A stretch of 64,000 bases of DNA from Chiloscyllium plagiosum (GCF_004010195.1 NC_057719.1:35476107-35540106); one strand, 5' to 3'; counted from the stretch's first letter, positions 1 to 14,070 are shown. Made by a program: numbers and translations. Notes: a model not told the origin generated them from the sequence alone.

Positions 1-242
1 ATATCACCTTCATCCCCTCCCCCACTCACCCATTGTAGTCTATGCTACTTTCTCCTCACCCCCATCCTCCTCTAGCTTATCTCTCCACGCTTCAGGCTCA
101 CTGCCTTTATTCCTGATGAAGGGCTTTTGCCCGAAACGTCGATTTTTCACTGCTGCTTGGATGCTGCCTGAACTACTGTGCTCTTCCAGCACCACTGATC
201 CAGAATCTGGTTTCCAGCATCTGCAGTCAGTTTATTTTTACC
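1..242 (+). mobile_element. Penelope-like element 3' end / pLTR fragment containing a hammerhead-like core
   Basis: Same family as 10300-10940, 23200-23326 and 31849-32278. Confidence 0.7.
113..140 (+). ncRNA. Minimal type I hammerhead-ribozyme-like motif
   Basis: CUGAUGA-A-GGGC-UUUU-GCCC-GAAAC-GUC; helix I only ~2 bp. Confidence 0.55.
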
Positions 243-1749
243 TCCTGTACTCAGCACTCTGACCAATAAAGGAAAGCATACCAACTGCCGCCTTTGCTAT
301 CCTATCGACCTGCGACTCCACTTTCAAGGAGCTATGAACCTGCATCCAAGGTCTCTTTGTTCAGAAACACTTCCTCGGACTTTACCATTAAATGTATAAG
401 TCCTGCTAAGATTTGCTTTCCCAAAATGCAGCACCCCGCATTTATGTAAATTAAACTCCATCTGCCACTTCTCAGCCCATTGTTTTGAGATGGTTACAGT
501 TTAGTCTTTGAGCTGTGGAATGTAGGTGCATGAAGCTGATGTGAAAAGTGGAGATATGACTTGATGTGAATTTTTTAAACTTACATCACTATATAAACAG
601 CTGATTTTGTAATAGGAAGGCCAGCATAGTATCCAGTTTATTCATTAAAGCCCTGATATCACTTAAATAATTTTGAGTGATTTTTGTAAATGATTTAGGG
701 AAAGGAATAATGTCCATTCAAATGAACATGAGTCTGTTTATTAATATAAGGTGTATCCTAGTGTGGACATCTCCAGTAGAATGTCAAATCTCTTTCAAAT
801 GGCAGCCTCTGATGGGGAAGGGACAGAAAGCTTCAATTTACGTTGTACCTTTCATGACATCAGCGTCCCAAAGTGCTTTACAATCTTTGACATGCAGTTA
901 CTGTTGTAATGTATGAAAAGTATCAGCCAAGTTGCACACTGTTACAAACAGCAAGATGATTGGATACTCTGTTCTTTGTTTCTGATGTTGATTGGTGGGT
1001 GAAGGTTAAGCAAGACTTTGGGATTAAATCCCTTGATCTTATTTTAAATATTGCTGGGTCAACTGCACATGAACAAAACATTTTTATGTCTCGTGCAAAA
1101 GATGGCCCCCTGACACTACAGCACTACCTCAGTACTACATTGGAATGCTAGCATGGACTCTTGAGCTTGAAAGTTCTACAGTGAGTCTAAAACCCACAAT
1201 CTAGCAACCCATGAGTCTGCAGTGCTTCCCACTGAGCGGCAGCTTACACTTAGGGAACGTTATTAGCCAGTAGTCAATCTAATTTTGAGGACCTCCATTT
1301 ATTGATAATTCAGTGGAGGGAAATGACTTGGGCCTTTCTGTTTAAAGAAAAGTGATTTCCATTTGGCTAAGTCAGAATTTTGATTTAATTTTCAAGCTGC
1401 GGTAGGAATTTTCTGCTTTTATCAGAAAGGTTTCACCTGCATCCATGTATTGTAGAAATGTCTCAATCTCTATCCATTTGGATTCCTAGTCTGTTAGTGG
1501 CAGTAATATATAATAACTTTTGGGAAAGATGATTCAATTCTTTTCAAATCACTTTATTTCAGGGATAAACTGGCCAACAGCTATGAGTTTCCTGAATATC
1601 ATGAGGAAACTCCTAGCTACACTTTTTATTTAGTGGAACAAACTAAACATCTTATTTTAATTTTGCATCTACTTTGGAAATAAAAAAATTCAGTCAGGAA
1701 ACTTAATTTTATGCTATGACTCAGGATTCAATCTGGTTCAGCTGTAGAC

Positions 1750-3930
1750 CTTTTAACCCACTTAATTCCTCATTTAAGATTGGTCCTACTCTCCTGATAT
1801 TCTTCCAAGGCCCGTTCTGTTCTTAGCTGCCTGGACCTTATGTATGTTTCCCTTTTCCACTTGGCTAGTTGCATGATTTCTCCATCCACTGTTCATGGAG
1901 CTTGTCTTCCCTATCCCGTGTTTTCAAAGGGACATGCCTATCCTGCACTATCTTCAATCTATCTTTTGAAAGCCTCCCACATATCAAATGTAGACTTCCC
2001 TTCAAATAGCTGCTCCCAATCCACATTTCCCAGCTCCTGCTGAACTTTGATATAATTGGCCGTGGCCCAGTTTAGTACACTTCCCTTAGGATCACACTCA
2101 TCTTTGTCTACAAGTATTCTAAAACTTAAAAATTGTGGTCACTATTCCCATGAAATTCCCCGCTGCAACTTCTACCATCTGGCCTGGCTCATTCCCCAAC
2201 ACCAGGTCCCATATGGCCCATTCCCTCATCAGACTATTGACATGCTGCTCTGCAAAATTTTCCTGGATGCTCCTTACAAATTCTGTCCCATCCAGACCTC
2301 TGACACTAAGTGTATCCCAGTCAATGTTGGCAAAATCTAAAATCTCCCATCACTACTACCCTGTTACCTCTACATCTTTCCATAATCTGATTATCTATTT
2401 TTTGTTCTACCTCATGCTCACTGTTGGGAGGCCTGTAGTACAGCCCCAACAATTTAACTGCACCCTTCTTATTTCTCAGCTCCACCCATAATGCCTCAGT
2501 GCTCAAGCACTCCACAGTATTCTCCTTTAGCTAAGCTGTGATATTATCCCTGACCAGCAACACAACTCTTTCCCCCTCCCTGTTTACTTCCCTCCCTGTC
2601 CTGTCTGAAGCATCTATATCCTGGAATATTTAGTTGCCAATCATACCCTTCCTTCAACCAAGTCTCTGTGATTGCAATAACATCATACTCCCACGTACTA
2701 ATCCAAGCCCTAAGTTTATCTGCCCTACCCACTATACTCCTCACATTAAAATATGTGCACTTCAGGCCGCAGTTCTTTTGCATTCATCTGCTCTCTGCCT
2801 ATTCTTCCCCTTGGTAATGCTAACTTCAGGATCCTTACAGTGTCCAGTTTTCACCTCACTGTCTATTAGTCTTCTCTTCTGGTTCTCAGCCCCCTGCCAC
2901 ACTAGTTTAAAACCTCCCCGACAGCAGTAGCAAAAACTTCCCCAGGTACGTTTGTTCCAATCTGGTTCAGATGTAGACCATTTAATTTGTCATAGTCCCA
3001 CCTTCCCTCAAACCGGTCCCAATGACCCACAAATCTGAACCCGTCCCTCCTACACCATCCCTCAAGCCATGTGTTCATCCGGCCTATTCCTTCATTTCTA
3101 CTCTAGCTAGTACATGGCACTGGTAACAATCCTGGCATCGCTACCTTTTTGAAGTCCTCCTTTTTAACTTCTCTCCTCGTTCCCTGAATTCTGCTTTCAG
3201 GACCTCCTCTCATTTTTTACTTAAATCATTGGTACTTATATGCACCATGACAACTGGCTGTTCACCCTTCCCTTTCAGAATGCTTTGCAGCTGGTTGGTG
3301 ACATCCCTGACCCGAGCACCTGGGAGGCAATATACCATCCGGGAGTCTTGTTTTCGGCCACAGAACCACCTATCTACTCCCCTTGCAATAGAATCCCCTA
3401 TGACAATGGCCCTACGAGTCTTTTTCCCACACTTCTGAACAGCAGTGTTCGCCACGGTGCCATGATCTTGGCAACTGTTGCCCTCACCTGGTGAGCCATC
3501 TTCCCCTAAGTGTCCAAAACAGTATATCTGTTTTTGAGGGAGATGACTGCAGGGAACACCTGCACTGCCTTCCTACTTTTTTTCTGCCTTTTGGTCACCC
3601 ATTCAATGTCTCCCTCAGCAATTCTAACCTGCAGTGTGACCAGTTCACTAAATGTGCTATCCACGACCTCAACATTGTGGTGCCCCACAGCAAGTCCATC
3701 CATAACTCCAGAGCTGTCATGCAGTCAAACAACTGCAGCTGGACACACTTCCTGCAAGTGAGAGTCAGGGACGTCAGCCACATCCTTGAGCTCCCACATC
3801 AAGCAAGAGGCACGTGCCACAGGTTTGAGGTCCCCTGCCATTGTAAGCCTTAGCTTTATATCAACTAACTAAAAACAAACAATGCACTTAAATATAAGAA
3901 AGAAAAGGGGGAAAAAACCCTTACCTTAAA
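1750..3930 (-). mobile_element. CR1-clade LINE, 5' part (ORF1 with Cys-rich and SGNH-esterase-like segments; ORF2 AP-endonuclease), decayed
   Basis: RRAIVIGDSIARG...CLPGARVRDV; CTYFNVRSI...IAITETW; YRPP...VMGDF; frameshifted. Confidence 0.88.
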
Positions 3931-4109
3931 GTCCTTTTCTTCTGTTTAAGAGGGTGGGTGGGAGGGGGATACTACATGTGAAGTATCTCTGGTTTAGCTG
4001 CTGTCCAAATACTACCAGGAATCCTACCAGCTTGCACCAATAGCAGGGAGTAAAAGTGGGACAGGTTACCGATTTTTTTTCTTTTTTTTTTTTTGTAAGA
4101 TTTGTAGCT

Positions 4110-4990
4110 CAGGTTGGGGTTCTAGATGTAAATTTGCTCGCTGAGCTGGAAGGTTCATTTTCAGATGTTTTATCACCATACTAGGTAACATCATCAGTGA
4201 GCCTCTGGTTAAGCACTGGTGTTAGTGACCCACTTTCTATTTGTGTTTAGGTTTCCTTGGGTTGGTGATGTAATTTCCTGTGATGATGTCCATTCCTGTT
4301 CTTTTTCTCAGGGGGTGGTAAATCAGATCCAAGTCAGTGTTTGTTAATAGAATTCCAGTTAGAATGCCATGCTTCTAGGAATTCTCGTGTGTCTGTCTAT
4401 TTGGCTTGTCCTAGGATGGATGTGTTGTTCCAAAGTTTGGGTCTGCTACGTGAATGACACCTTTTGTCATCATTAAATGAAATAAATTAGAGAAAACTAA
4501 AACAGCAGCTAATGAACTTGAAATACCCCATACAGACGACAAGCAAAATTAATGTCGTTTACAAAATACCTTTGCAAGAACTGTAATAAACACTACTTTG
4601 TACAAACAGGCAGAAAACAAGCCACATGAACATCAACTAGCCACAAAAAGACATGACCCACTCTCACTAGTATCCTTTACATACAGATAAGAAAGCACAC
4701 CACCTCGACTGGGACAACACATCCATCCTAGGACAAGCCAAACAGAGACACGCACGAGAATTCCTAGAAGCATGGCATTCCAACTGGAACTCTATCAACA
4801 AACACATTAACTTGATCTGATTTACCACCCCTTGAGAAAAAGAACATGAACTGACATCACCACAAGAAATGACGACATCAACCCAAGGAAACCAAAGCAC
4901 GTAAGTGAGTCACTAACACCAGTGCTTCACTGGAGGCTCACTGATGATGATAATTTCTGAAAATGAACCTTTCAGCTCAGCGAGCAAACA
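4110..4990. mobile_element. 5'-truncated Penelope-like element with GIY-YIG remnant (+, ~4430-4990) and an inverted copy of its 3' end (~4110-4430)
   Basis: NVVYKIP..C..C..HY..QTGR..HEHQLA remnant; 4130-4429 is the reverse complement of ~4712-4988. Confidence 0.8.
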
Positions 4991-5442
4991 GCGAGTGGGA
5001 GCGATTCCTGGCCAACTATCTGACCGAAAGAAGTTAGACCATTACTACCCATTGCTATAGGCTACAATATCCATGTAAATACGTGTGGTCCCATAGCCAC
5101 TCCGACTTGTTGCAGAGACAGTTGGTTCAGTTGACTGGACCGCAGCATGCAGAATGGTGCCGAAAGCATGGGATTCAATTCCTGTTCTGGCTGGAGTAGA
5201 TTCAGGACCTGTTGCCTTGCACAGAGTCAGAATTGCCTTTGGGCAAAGAACGGAAGAAGAATATAAAAGTAGCGAAGTCCCAAGATATTTCACAGGGTGG
5301 TCACTTGATACTGAGCCACAAGTGCTACTGGGACTGGTGATCAAAAGCTTGTTGAAAGAGAGACTTTTTTTGAGTTTTATCATAAAAGAAAAGTTCAGCT
5401 TTGGGAAGGAAATTCATAGTGTAAACATAGACAACTGAAGAT

Positions 5443-8400
5443 ATGGCTGCTAATAGAGGAGAAAAGAAAATGTTGCGTACAAGACAATTGAAATTTGTAT
5501 ATTCAAAAGACTCATTGACCAAGCCTTTTTTTTTTTCAGACACCCACACATGCGGTGTGTTTTGAAATTCTGCTTACTCATGTTATACTAATTTATTTAA
5601 CTGCTTTGCTTTGTTTCAGAAGCTGCAAGTACAAGTGTATCCAGAACACCAGACTACATGGAAGTATTGACAACTCAATACAATGTAAGGTGAAAAGTAT
5701 TAATCATGTTTAAAGAGTTTGTTTGTACAAAAATAAATTGGAAGAATCAATAAGTAATATGCTGCTTCTGCCCCCTTCAAGGAAAAGTGTAAATTAGAAT
5801 CAAGTACAGAATCTGAATCTGATGCCTCTGCCACTAATGAGGTAATTTTCCTTAGTTTATAAGCATAAAATATTAATTTGTATATTAATTAAAAATGTTT
5901 CTTTATTTATCCATTACAGGCATTGATGAACCTAAGTTTACCAGATTCTGTAAAGAATCATGCAACAGTGAACCAAGTAAGTATCTGAAGCTAAATCTAA
6001 TGTTGAAGTAAATGTTGAAATTTATACTTCAAAATGGAGTTTCAGCATGTACCAGAACAGCAGAATGTATTGTGATATAAATACCTGACCTGTTTGGATT
6101 ATATTACTTGAAGTTAATCTGGTATTCATAATCATTGATTTTAGACACGTGGATTTACATTCAACATTTTGCCTCCATTGCCGTTTTCTCCACTAAATGT
6201 TAGTAATCATCTCTTGATTGCAAGAGGCAAATTAGCACATGACTCAGCAATATTCACTAATCATCCCTTTGTGTAAGAGCAGTTATTTTTGTTCAACTTT
6301 TTTGTTTCTTTTATATGGTGCATTTTTCTTTTAATCTCCGTTAAGGAGTGCCTGTCATTTTCTTTATATATATCTGCTGGAGCAGCATGATCTGGAGAAA
6401 TGGAACATTTCATCTTTTGATATGCTGTGCCAACATTTCATGGGAGAATTCCATGTAACAGGAAACCAGGTTAAACACTGCCCTGTTGTGATCAAAAGAC
6501 TGTAATTTCTAAAGCTGGCAGAATTGAGTGAGGCTTCCTTCCATCAAATCTTTATCCTACAGTTGAAGGGTTAGTATACTTAAAAAAAAAGTTGGTCCCC
6601 TATATATTTCATCAGTCCACTTGTCTCTCAATTTTTAATAAAAAAAAGTTGTTTAAAATAGATTTACTTTAAAAGCCACAGAACTAATGGTAATGTTTAT
6701 TAATTTCTTTTAACCTTTTTTTTTTCTCTTTTCAAGATAAACAAATTCTTTGTTCTGCTGAATCATGCTGTGTGGCTATGGGCAGGCAGGAACAGCCCAA
6801 GTTTATATTCATCTGGTAGTTTTGGTTTTAGGGTCAGGTGAATTCCATTGGGGTCCTGTTTTAGTGTTGGTCATTACTGTGGATGTATATAGCCTTCCCT
6901 ACATCCACGAAGTGGCTAAGATCTTAAATTGCAGGTTCCAAAGATGCAAGACACCGTATACACTTCAAAATGCATAAAATTTTAGTCAAAATATAAAGCT
7001 AGGAAGTATTTTAATTTTGGTTTGGATGCTGGTATGTGTACATATTAAACTTTCACAAAATCTGCTTTAAACTGTCAGAATTTTGATTATTGCTTTTGCA
7101 ACTCCTGTAAAAGTTTGAGATGCCAAACTTCAAGAAAAGTAGCCCCTGTACATGTTGGCTTATGTCATAGCTGAACAATCATGATGGTGTTCCCATGTAT
7201 CTGCTACCCTTGTCCTTCTAGATGGAATTGGTCATGAGTTTGGAAGGTGCTGCCTGAGGATTGTTAGTGAATTTCTGTGGTTAATCTTGTAGCTAGAACA
7301 CACTACTGTTACTGAGTGTTTGTTTGTGGTGGAGGGGTGGATGTTTGTGCATTTGGTGCCACATCAAGTGGGTTGCTTTGTCCTTGATGTTGTCAAGCTT
7401 CTTGTTGGAGCTGCCCTCATCCAGGCCAATGGAGAGTATTCCATCAGGCCCCTGACTTGTGCCTAGTGGATGGTGGGAGGCTTTTGGGAGATTGGGGTGA
7501 GTTATATGCTATAGTATTCCTAGCCTCTACTGCTCTTGTAGCCATTATGTTTATGTGATGGGTCCAGTTGAGTTTCTAGTCAAGGGTAACCCCAGGAATG
7601 TTGAAGTGGCGGATTCGGTGATGGTAATATTATTTGAATGTCAAGAGGTGCTGGGTAATTGTCTCTTATTGGTGATGGTCATAGACTGGCATTTGTATGG
7701 TGTGAATGTTATTTGCTACTTGTCAGCCCAAACCTGGATATTGTCCAGATCTTGTTGCATTTGAAAGTGGACTGCTTCAGTATTTGAGGAGTTGCGAATG
7801 GTACTGAACACTACGCAATCATTAGCGAACATCCCCACTTCTGACCTTTGAGAGTCATTGATGAAGCAGCTGAAAATGGTTGGGCCTCGGACACTATCCT
7901 GAAGAACTGCTGCAAAGATGTCCTGGAGCTGAGATCACTGACTTCCAATAACCACATCTATCTTCCTATGTGCCAGGTATTATTCCAACCAGTGGAGAAT
8001 TTGCCCTGTTACCACTGATTTCTAGTTTTGCTGAGGCTCCTTGATATCAAACCCTGGTTGAATGCAACTTTGATACCAAGTGCTATCACTCTGACCTCTC
8101 TCTGGAATGCAGCTCTTTTATCCTTGTTAGAACTCAGGCTGTAATGAGGTCAGGAGCTGACTGGCCCTGGTGGAATCCAAACTGGGCTTCAGCAAATGTT
8201 GTTATTTGATAGCAATAACACCGTCCATCACTTTACTGCTGATCAAGAGTAGACTGATGGAGTAATTGACTGGGTTGGATTTGTCCTGCTTTTTATTTAC
8301 TAGAAATACATGGGCAATGTTTCACATTGGTATCCATGTGACAATGTTGTAACTGTCCTAGAAGAGCTTGACAAGGATTGTGGAAAGTTCTGAAACATAA

Positions 8401-11400
8401 ATCTTCAATATAGTTGCCAGAATACTTTCCTAGCCCGTAGCCTTTGCATTACCCAGTCTCCAACCATTTCTTGACATCATGTGGAGTGAATCAAATTGGC
8501 TGACAACTGTATCTGTAATGCTAGGGTCCGCTGGAGGAGGTTGAGATAATCATCTATTTGACACTTATTTTTGTTTTTTTTTTGCTGAAGATTTGCTGCA
8601 AATGCTTAAGCCTTATCTTTTTGCACTGATCCATTGGGCTCTTCCATTATTTGAGGATGGGACATTTGAGTCTCCTCCTTCAATGAGTTGTTTAATTATC
8701 CACCACCACTCACAACTGGATGTGGCAGGACTGCAGAGCCTAGGTCTGATCCACTGGTTGTAGGATCACTTAACTATGTCAATCACTTGCTGCTTATGCT
8801 GTTTTTGTACTGAACCAGAGTTGATCTCCTGGCTTGATGGTAATGATTGAGTGGGGAAAATGAGGTTGCAGATTGTGCTGGAGTACAGATGCTTAATATA
8901 GTCCAATGCTACCTTTTCAATAGTTTGTTCTCTCTATCATTATCTCTTTCTGAAATTTTGATTGTCATCTTCTTTCCTCCCTTGACTGAACTCAGCTAGA
9001 CTCTTTTTTTTTTTTCCCTCTCAAAGGACACAGCTTTGAGTCATTTCTCCTCTGATAATTATAACTTTCTGTTGACTGACTAAAGTATTGCTCAAGCTGG
9101 TGGAGTATCTCTCCCAGAATCTTGCTGGCTTAGATGTTTACATGGAGCTCCTTGATTCCATTTTTGCTTTGCATGAATGTTTTTTTTTGGTGGATGGGTC
9201 ACATCTATGCAGTATTCTACATTTTTAGATGCTAGCCTTGTAGCCATTCCTACAACTTGGCTAGGGGTGTAACTAATTTGGAGGAAGAATTTTTCAGCAT
9301 TATTGCCAGACCTCCATTCCTGAAGAAGGGTTATACTTGAAATGTTAATGTCTCCACCTCCTGATGCTGCCTTCCTTGCTGTTTTCTTCCAGCCTGCTAC
9401 TTGTCTACTTTGGATTCCAGCATCTGTAGTTCTAGACTCTTGTCAAGGCCTATAACCATTGCTGTACTCAGTGTTCTTGTGATATTGTGTGAAGTGAATC
9501 TAAATGGCTGAAGACTGGTCCCACTATCATGGATGACAGTGCTTTCTCAGCTGCCTGTAACAATTGGAATTCGCATATTTAATCTTTTTTTTAATAAGTG
9601 GCATACCAGTATCTTACAGTTTAATTTCAGTGGTGGGGAAGTTTTTGGAAAGTTATTCAGATAGGTGGTAGATTTGGTTTGATGTGGAGAAATGTGAGGT
9701 ATTGCAACTAAGGGGTGCAAGAGCAACTCTGGTAGATCTGTGGACATGGAACAAGTCATAACTAGGAATGGTGATGGCAGACTCTGGGATATTGGCCATA
9801 AGGTTTGCTTTGGCAAGTATGACAATGCCAAGCTGTTGCTGATTGATCAGTTCTCCCTATTTTGGCTCATAACATCCAATGTTAATGAGGAGTACTTTGC
9901 AAGGCTGACCGGGCTGCATGTGCTTTTCATGTTTGCATCTGGTTCCCAAGTCAATACTGAGTTGGTATTCCAATTTTTGTAATGCTTTGAATGGCTGTGG
10001 TGGGAATTGAACTTGCGACTCTGGATCATTTATTCCTGGTCTCTGGATTAGTTATAAAGGTAAAATAAACACTAACTACACCCTTTCGTTAATAAATTTG
10101 AATTGTTACTGAGTCCCCAAGGAGATGAAATTTTCTAATCTATAAAACTCATTTACAATTTTTATAATTCATAAATCTCAATCTCTGCTCTAGTGTCAAG
10201 GTTTCTTTTATTAACTCTCTTTTTTTCACCTTTTTAACTTTCCATTGTTGACCTATCGTTTTGTCTGGCTTTCATGCATCTTTTTAACAGGGTGCAAGAG
10301 CATGGTACAGGAGATCGATGTTTCAGGCATATTCCCTTCATCAGGAATGAGGCTTTTGGGCTGGGGTGACAGTAACTGAGAATGTAATAGGGTAGAGGAA
10401 GGTGATAAGGTTGGTGAGAGGGTGGAGTGGATGGAAAAAGTGATGGAAGGTCAGGAGGGCGGTGCTGAATTGGAGGCTTGGGACTGGGATAATGTGGGGG
10501 GGGGGGGGGAAATGAGGAAACTACTGAAATCCACATTGATCGCATGTGGTTGCAGAGTCACAAGACAGAAGATGAGATGTTCTTCCTCCAGGTGTTTGGT
10601 GGTAAGGATTTGGTGATGGAGGAGGCCCAGTTCCTGTATGTGTCCTAGACATGTTATTTGAAACGATCTGCAAGTTGGCGTCCTGTCTCCCTGATGTAGA
10701 GGAGACCACGTCAGGTGCAATGGGTACAGTAGATGTTTTGAGGTACAGGTAAATTTCTGACGGATGTGGTAGAATCCTTTGGGGCCTTGGACTGAGATGA
10801 GGGGGAAGGTGTGGGCACAGATTTTGAACTTCCTGTGGTGGTAGGGGAAGGGGAGTGGGTGTGGATCTGACTAGGGAGTCACCTGAGGGAATGGTCTCTA
10901 GAATGCTGATGGTAGGGGGATGAAAATATATCTCTGGTGCTAAAAATGTACACCATATTCTAACTGTAGCTTAACTAATGTTTGTATTTAAACAAATGCT
11001 TTTATTCTAAGGCCTTATTATTAAAATCCAAGATTCTACTGGCATTTTGTGAAAGCATTGTCTCCTAGTTTAGCTTTCTTTCACAATGTATAATTATCTC
11101 TCACTTACCTACATTTAATTGAACATTAAGGTGGAGGTCATTATGACCGATCAACTTGCTGCACCATGGCAGAATATGTGAATTTCACTAAAGTATATGC
11201 CTTTCAAGTATTTAGCAGACATCCTACACTCTAAATTTTGTATTGCCAACAAGTATCAAGATTTTGGTCCTTTTAAACATAGGATTGTTTCCAAACTTAA
11301 CTCTTGAAAGCCTTCTCTAATATTTTGACTCTTAATCCTCAACTCCTTAATGAGCAGTAACAGTTTCTCTCTATATACCGTCAATTCCCCTGAATGAAAA

Positions 11401-14070
11401 CCTGGATCAAGTGTTAAATCAACCCCTTCCTATGTAAATGCTCGAAATATAATCATAGTTTGTGCAATCTCCTTGTATTTTAACCCCTGAATTCTATTAA
11501 GCCAAAGTGGTGTGTCACCAAGTCCAATTTGATCCTTCCTAATTTGGGATTCTCAGCACTCCAGGTGTATCCTAAGCAAGGTTTTGTGTAGCTGAAGTAT
11601 AAATTTAAGGAATACACTTTCTCAGAGGGCAAAAGAAGCAGGGAACTTCAGAACTTTCAACAAGTATGTGAATGAGCACTAATGCTGGAAGGTGGGTTAG
11701 TGCAGGTAACCAGGATTGACTCAATGGGTTGAAGGTCTTATCCATGCAGTATGAATCTTTGAATTTCAACTATTTTAGTCATATAGCTGTAAAGGATGTA
11801 TTCTGTTGGCCTTTTTGATTTATTTTCTGTTCCTTTTTATCATGTTTGAACGATGTAGCCTAAACACTCCTTCCCCCTCCCCCAAATCTGTCTGGACTTC
11901 CAGTATTTCTAACTTTACTATTTTGCAGTATCTACTGTTTGTTTTTATCTATCCAATCACTGTCACTGGAATTGCAATCAACTTGTCAAAGACAACCTGC
12001 CTTGGGTTTAAAAGAAAGTACAGCAAACGCTAGAAACTTGACATTAAAGCAGCACCTGCTCAGCAGGTGAAAATTGATGAAAGTTTGCAACCTGAAATGC
12101 CAGACATGCCAAGATTTCACAGCATTTTTGTTTACAACTAGTATTTTATTACTAGTATGCTTTTTATTACTGAATCTATGTTGACAGACATTTTTATTAC
12201 CTCAGGAATTTTCAAATGCTTACTAATTTTATCTGCAATTATTTGTTCTAAAGATTTGTCAACAATTTGTTAGCTTAGCTGGTCAAAACATCAGGTGCTG
12301 TATCCAACTTTCCCTTTTTGATCAATGAGTACATTGTGCAAGTAAATGTGTTTTGAGCAGGATTGAAAGTGTGCTCAGGGTCTCTCCTGTGCCTTATCTA
12401 GCATTTTTTTTCAACAGCTTTGGATAGATATCACTAGAACTCTGTCATCCATTTTCTATTACAATTTTTTTGCTTGCTGAACCAATGCCAAGTTCTCATG
12501 TGTCTTAAATTTTGTTACCTATTAACACCAAACTGTCTTTTAAGAGCATTTCACCAGTCAATTCCATATCCTGGTTTGATGAACCAACCAAATAGTGTAA
12601 CATGTTTGGGGAGAAACTTTTTTTAACTGAAATTTCTAACATTCCAAATTGTTTACAATGAAATTTAAAATGAAGATCTCTTTTAATGAGTTATTTGTAA
12701 GATTCTGGAATCCCTTGAAAACTTTGGTATCTGCCAAAAGCCTGGGCTTGGTCAGGTCTTGTAATTTGACTCTATGCACAATTTCTCAGGTTGTGTTGGT
12801 AACATTTTAAAATGGTTAAGCAATCTTTTCTTGGCCTCCAACTTTGCCCAACTTCTTTGAAAGAAAGGGAGGAAAACTGCAATAGTTCTATTCAGGCGAA
12901 AAATTTATATCCAGTAGATTTCAATGAGTTATGCGAGCGAGTATATTTGTATTGTCTTCAACTTCTGAGACAGTATTTTACTTCCCTCTGTTACTGCAGA
13001 GCATTAAAAGAGATATGCTCGTATTTACTTAACAGAATCTGAATGTGTAGCTAAAGATTCTGAAAAGTCTTTATAATAAATCTATATATTTTAATGTGAA
13101 CTAAATTCCCAGCTAAATGAAATAAATGTTCAAACTCAAGAGTTTGATTTGAAATATGATTGAATGAGATATGGTCTTGAGGGACATTAACCATTCCACA
13201 AAAGTATTGAATTACCTGTCTTTTATAAAATGTTGAATTTTGGTTGAAATGATTAATATCTTTGAAGTTTCAATTCATGCATTGATATTTTGCTTGTTTT
13301 AACTTATTGGGAGAATGCATGACTTTGTATGCAGTTGCATTGGTGAAGAAACATTATGTAGAATTGTGACACCATAAACCTTCACTCGAGCTAATTACTG
13401 GGTCTCATTGTATGTAATCATTTCTAATCAATTTTTTTTTCCCCCAAAATTTTAGTGTTTGGATCCATATGATGGTGACTTGGAAAGTACATCAAGTGAA
13501 TCTGATAGAAGTCAAAGTTTTCTGCTAGATACTTGCACTGAGAAGATAAACGATCAGTCTTATGCTATTGTAGCAAATGACAGAAAAAAGTTGCAAATAA
13601 GACATTACAAACAATCCTTGCAGGCAATCTTTAAACCTGAGTGTAGTTATAAAGAGTTAAAATACGTACACATGGAGCCTGCGTTCACTAAAGTGATTGT
13701 ACAAACTTCTAGTGAATCTGAAATACCTTCTAACAGAGTATGTGATTTAGAATTACCAACAAGACATGTCTCAAAAACCAAACTAAAGCCATTTGGATCA
13801 TTGGACTTTGGGATGCTGACCGAATCTCCTCCTGAAAACAACTCTGTTGGAGGAGAACATGGATTTATGAGCATGCCAAATTTGCAAAGCTCTGGGAAAG
13901 ATTATCTTGGTCATCAAGACGTTCACCTATCCTCAGGACGAATCTTAAAGACTTCTCATGAAAGATTTCGTGAAGGCGCATTCACGCCAAAGAGAAAACA
14001 TGGAAACTCTTTACTTGATACAAGTAATGATCGGATAAATAAAAAGAAAAGCCGTGTGATCAAAAACTGA
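5443..14070 (+). CDS. Uncharacterised Ser/Glu-rich protein (~302 aa); exons ~5443-5554 (uncertain), 5620-5684, 5782-5841, 5920-5976, 13456-14070; possible positional orthologue of mouse 1700001K19Rik
   Basis: Phase-consistent AG/GT exons in non-repetitive DNA: ...YMEVLTTQYN|EKCKLESSTESESDASATNE|ALMNLSLPDSVKNHATVNQ|CLDPYDGDLESTSSESD...KKKSRVIKN*. The first exon needs a 65-nt intron and is weak. Confidence 0.6.
7160..8890 (-). mobile_element. Decayed CR1/L2-type LINE fragment(s)
   Basis: Degenerate RT/3'-region sequence with internal deletions. Confidence 0.6.
9314..9432 (+). mobile_element. Penelope-derived pLTR fragment with degenerate hammerhead core
   Basis: ctgaagaagggttatacttgaaatgtt...ccagcatctgtag; related to 21568-21685. 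Confidence 0.55.
10300..10940 (-). mobile_element. Penelope-like element 3' fragment (GIY-YIG remnant plus pLTR)
   Basis: Decayed YCTHCT.RGLLYI.ETGR-like segment; ends in the same pLTR/hammerhead sequence as 1-242. Confidence 0.7.

Noticed and set aside
5045..5438. Overlapping 112-aa (-) and 94-aa (+) ORFs
   Set aside because: No recognisable homology or supporting splice structure; more likely 5' UTR or intron of the plus-strand gene.
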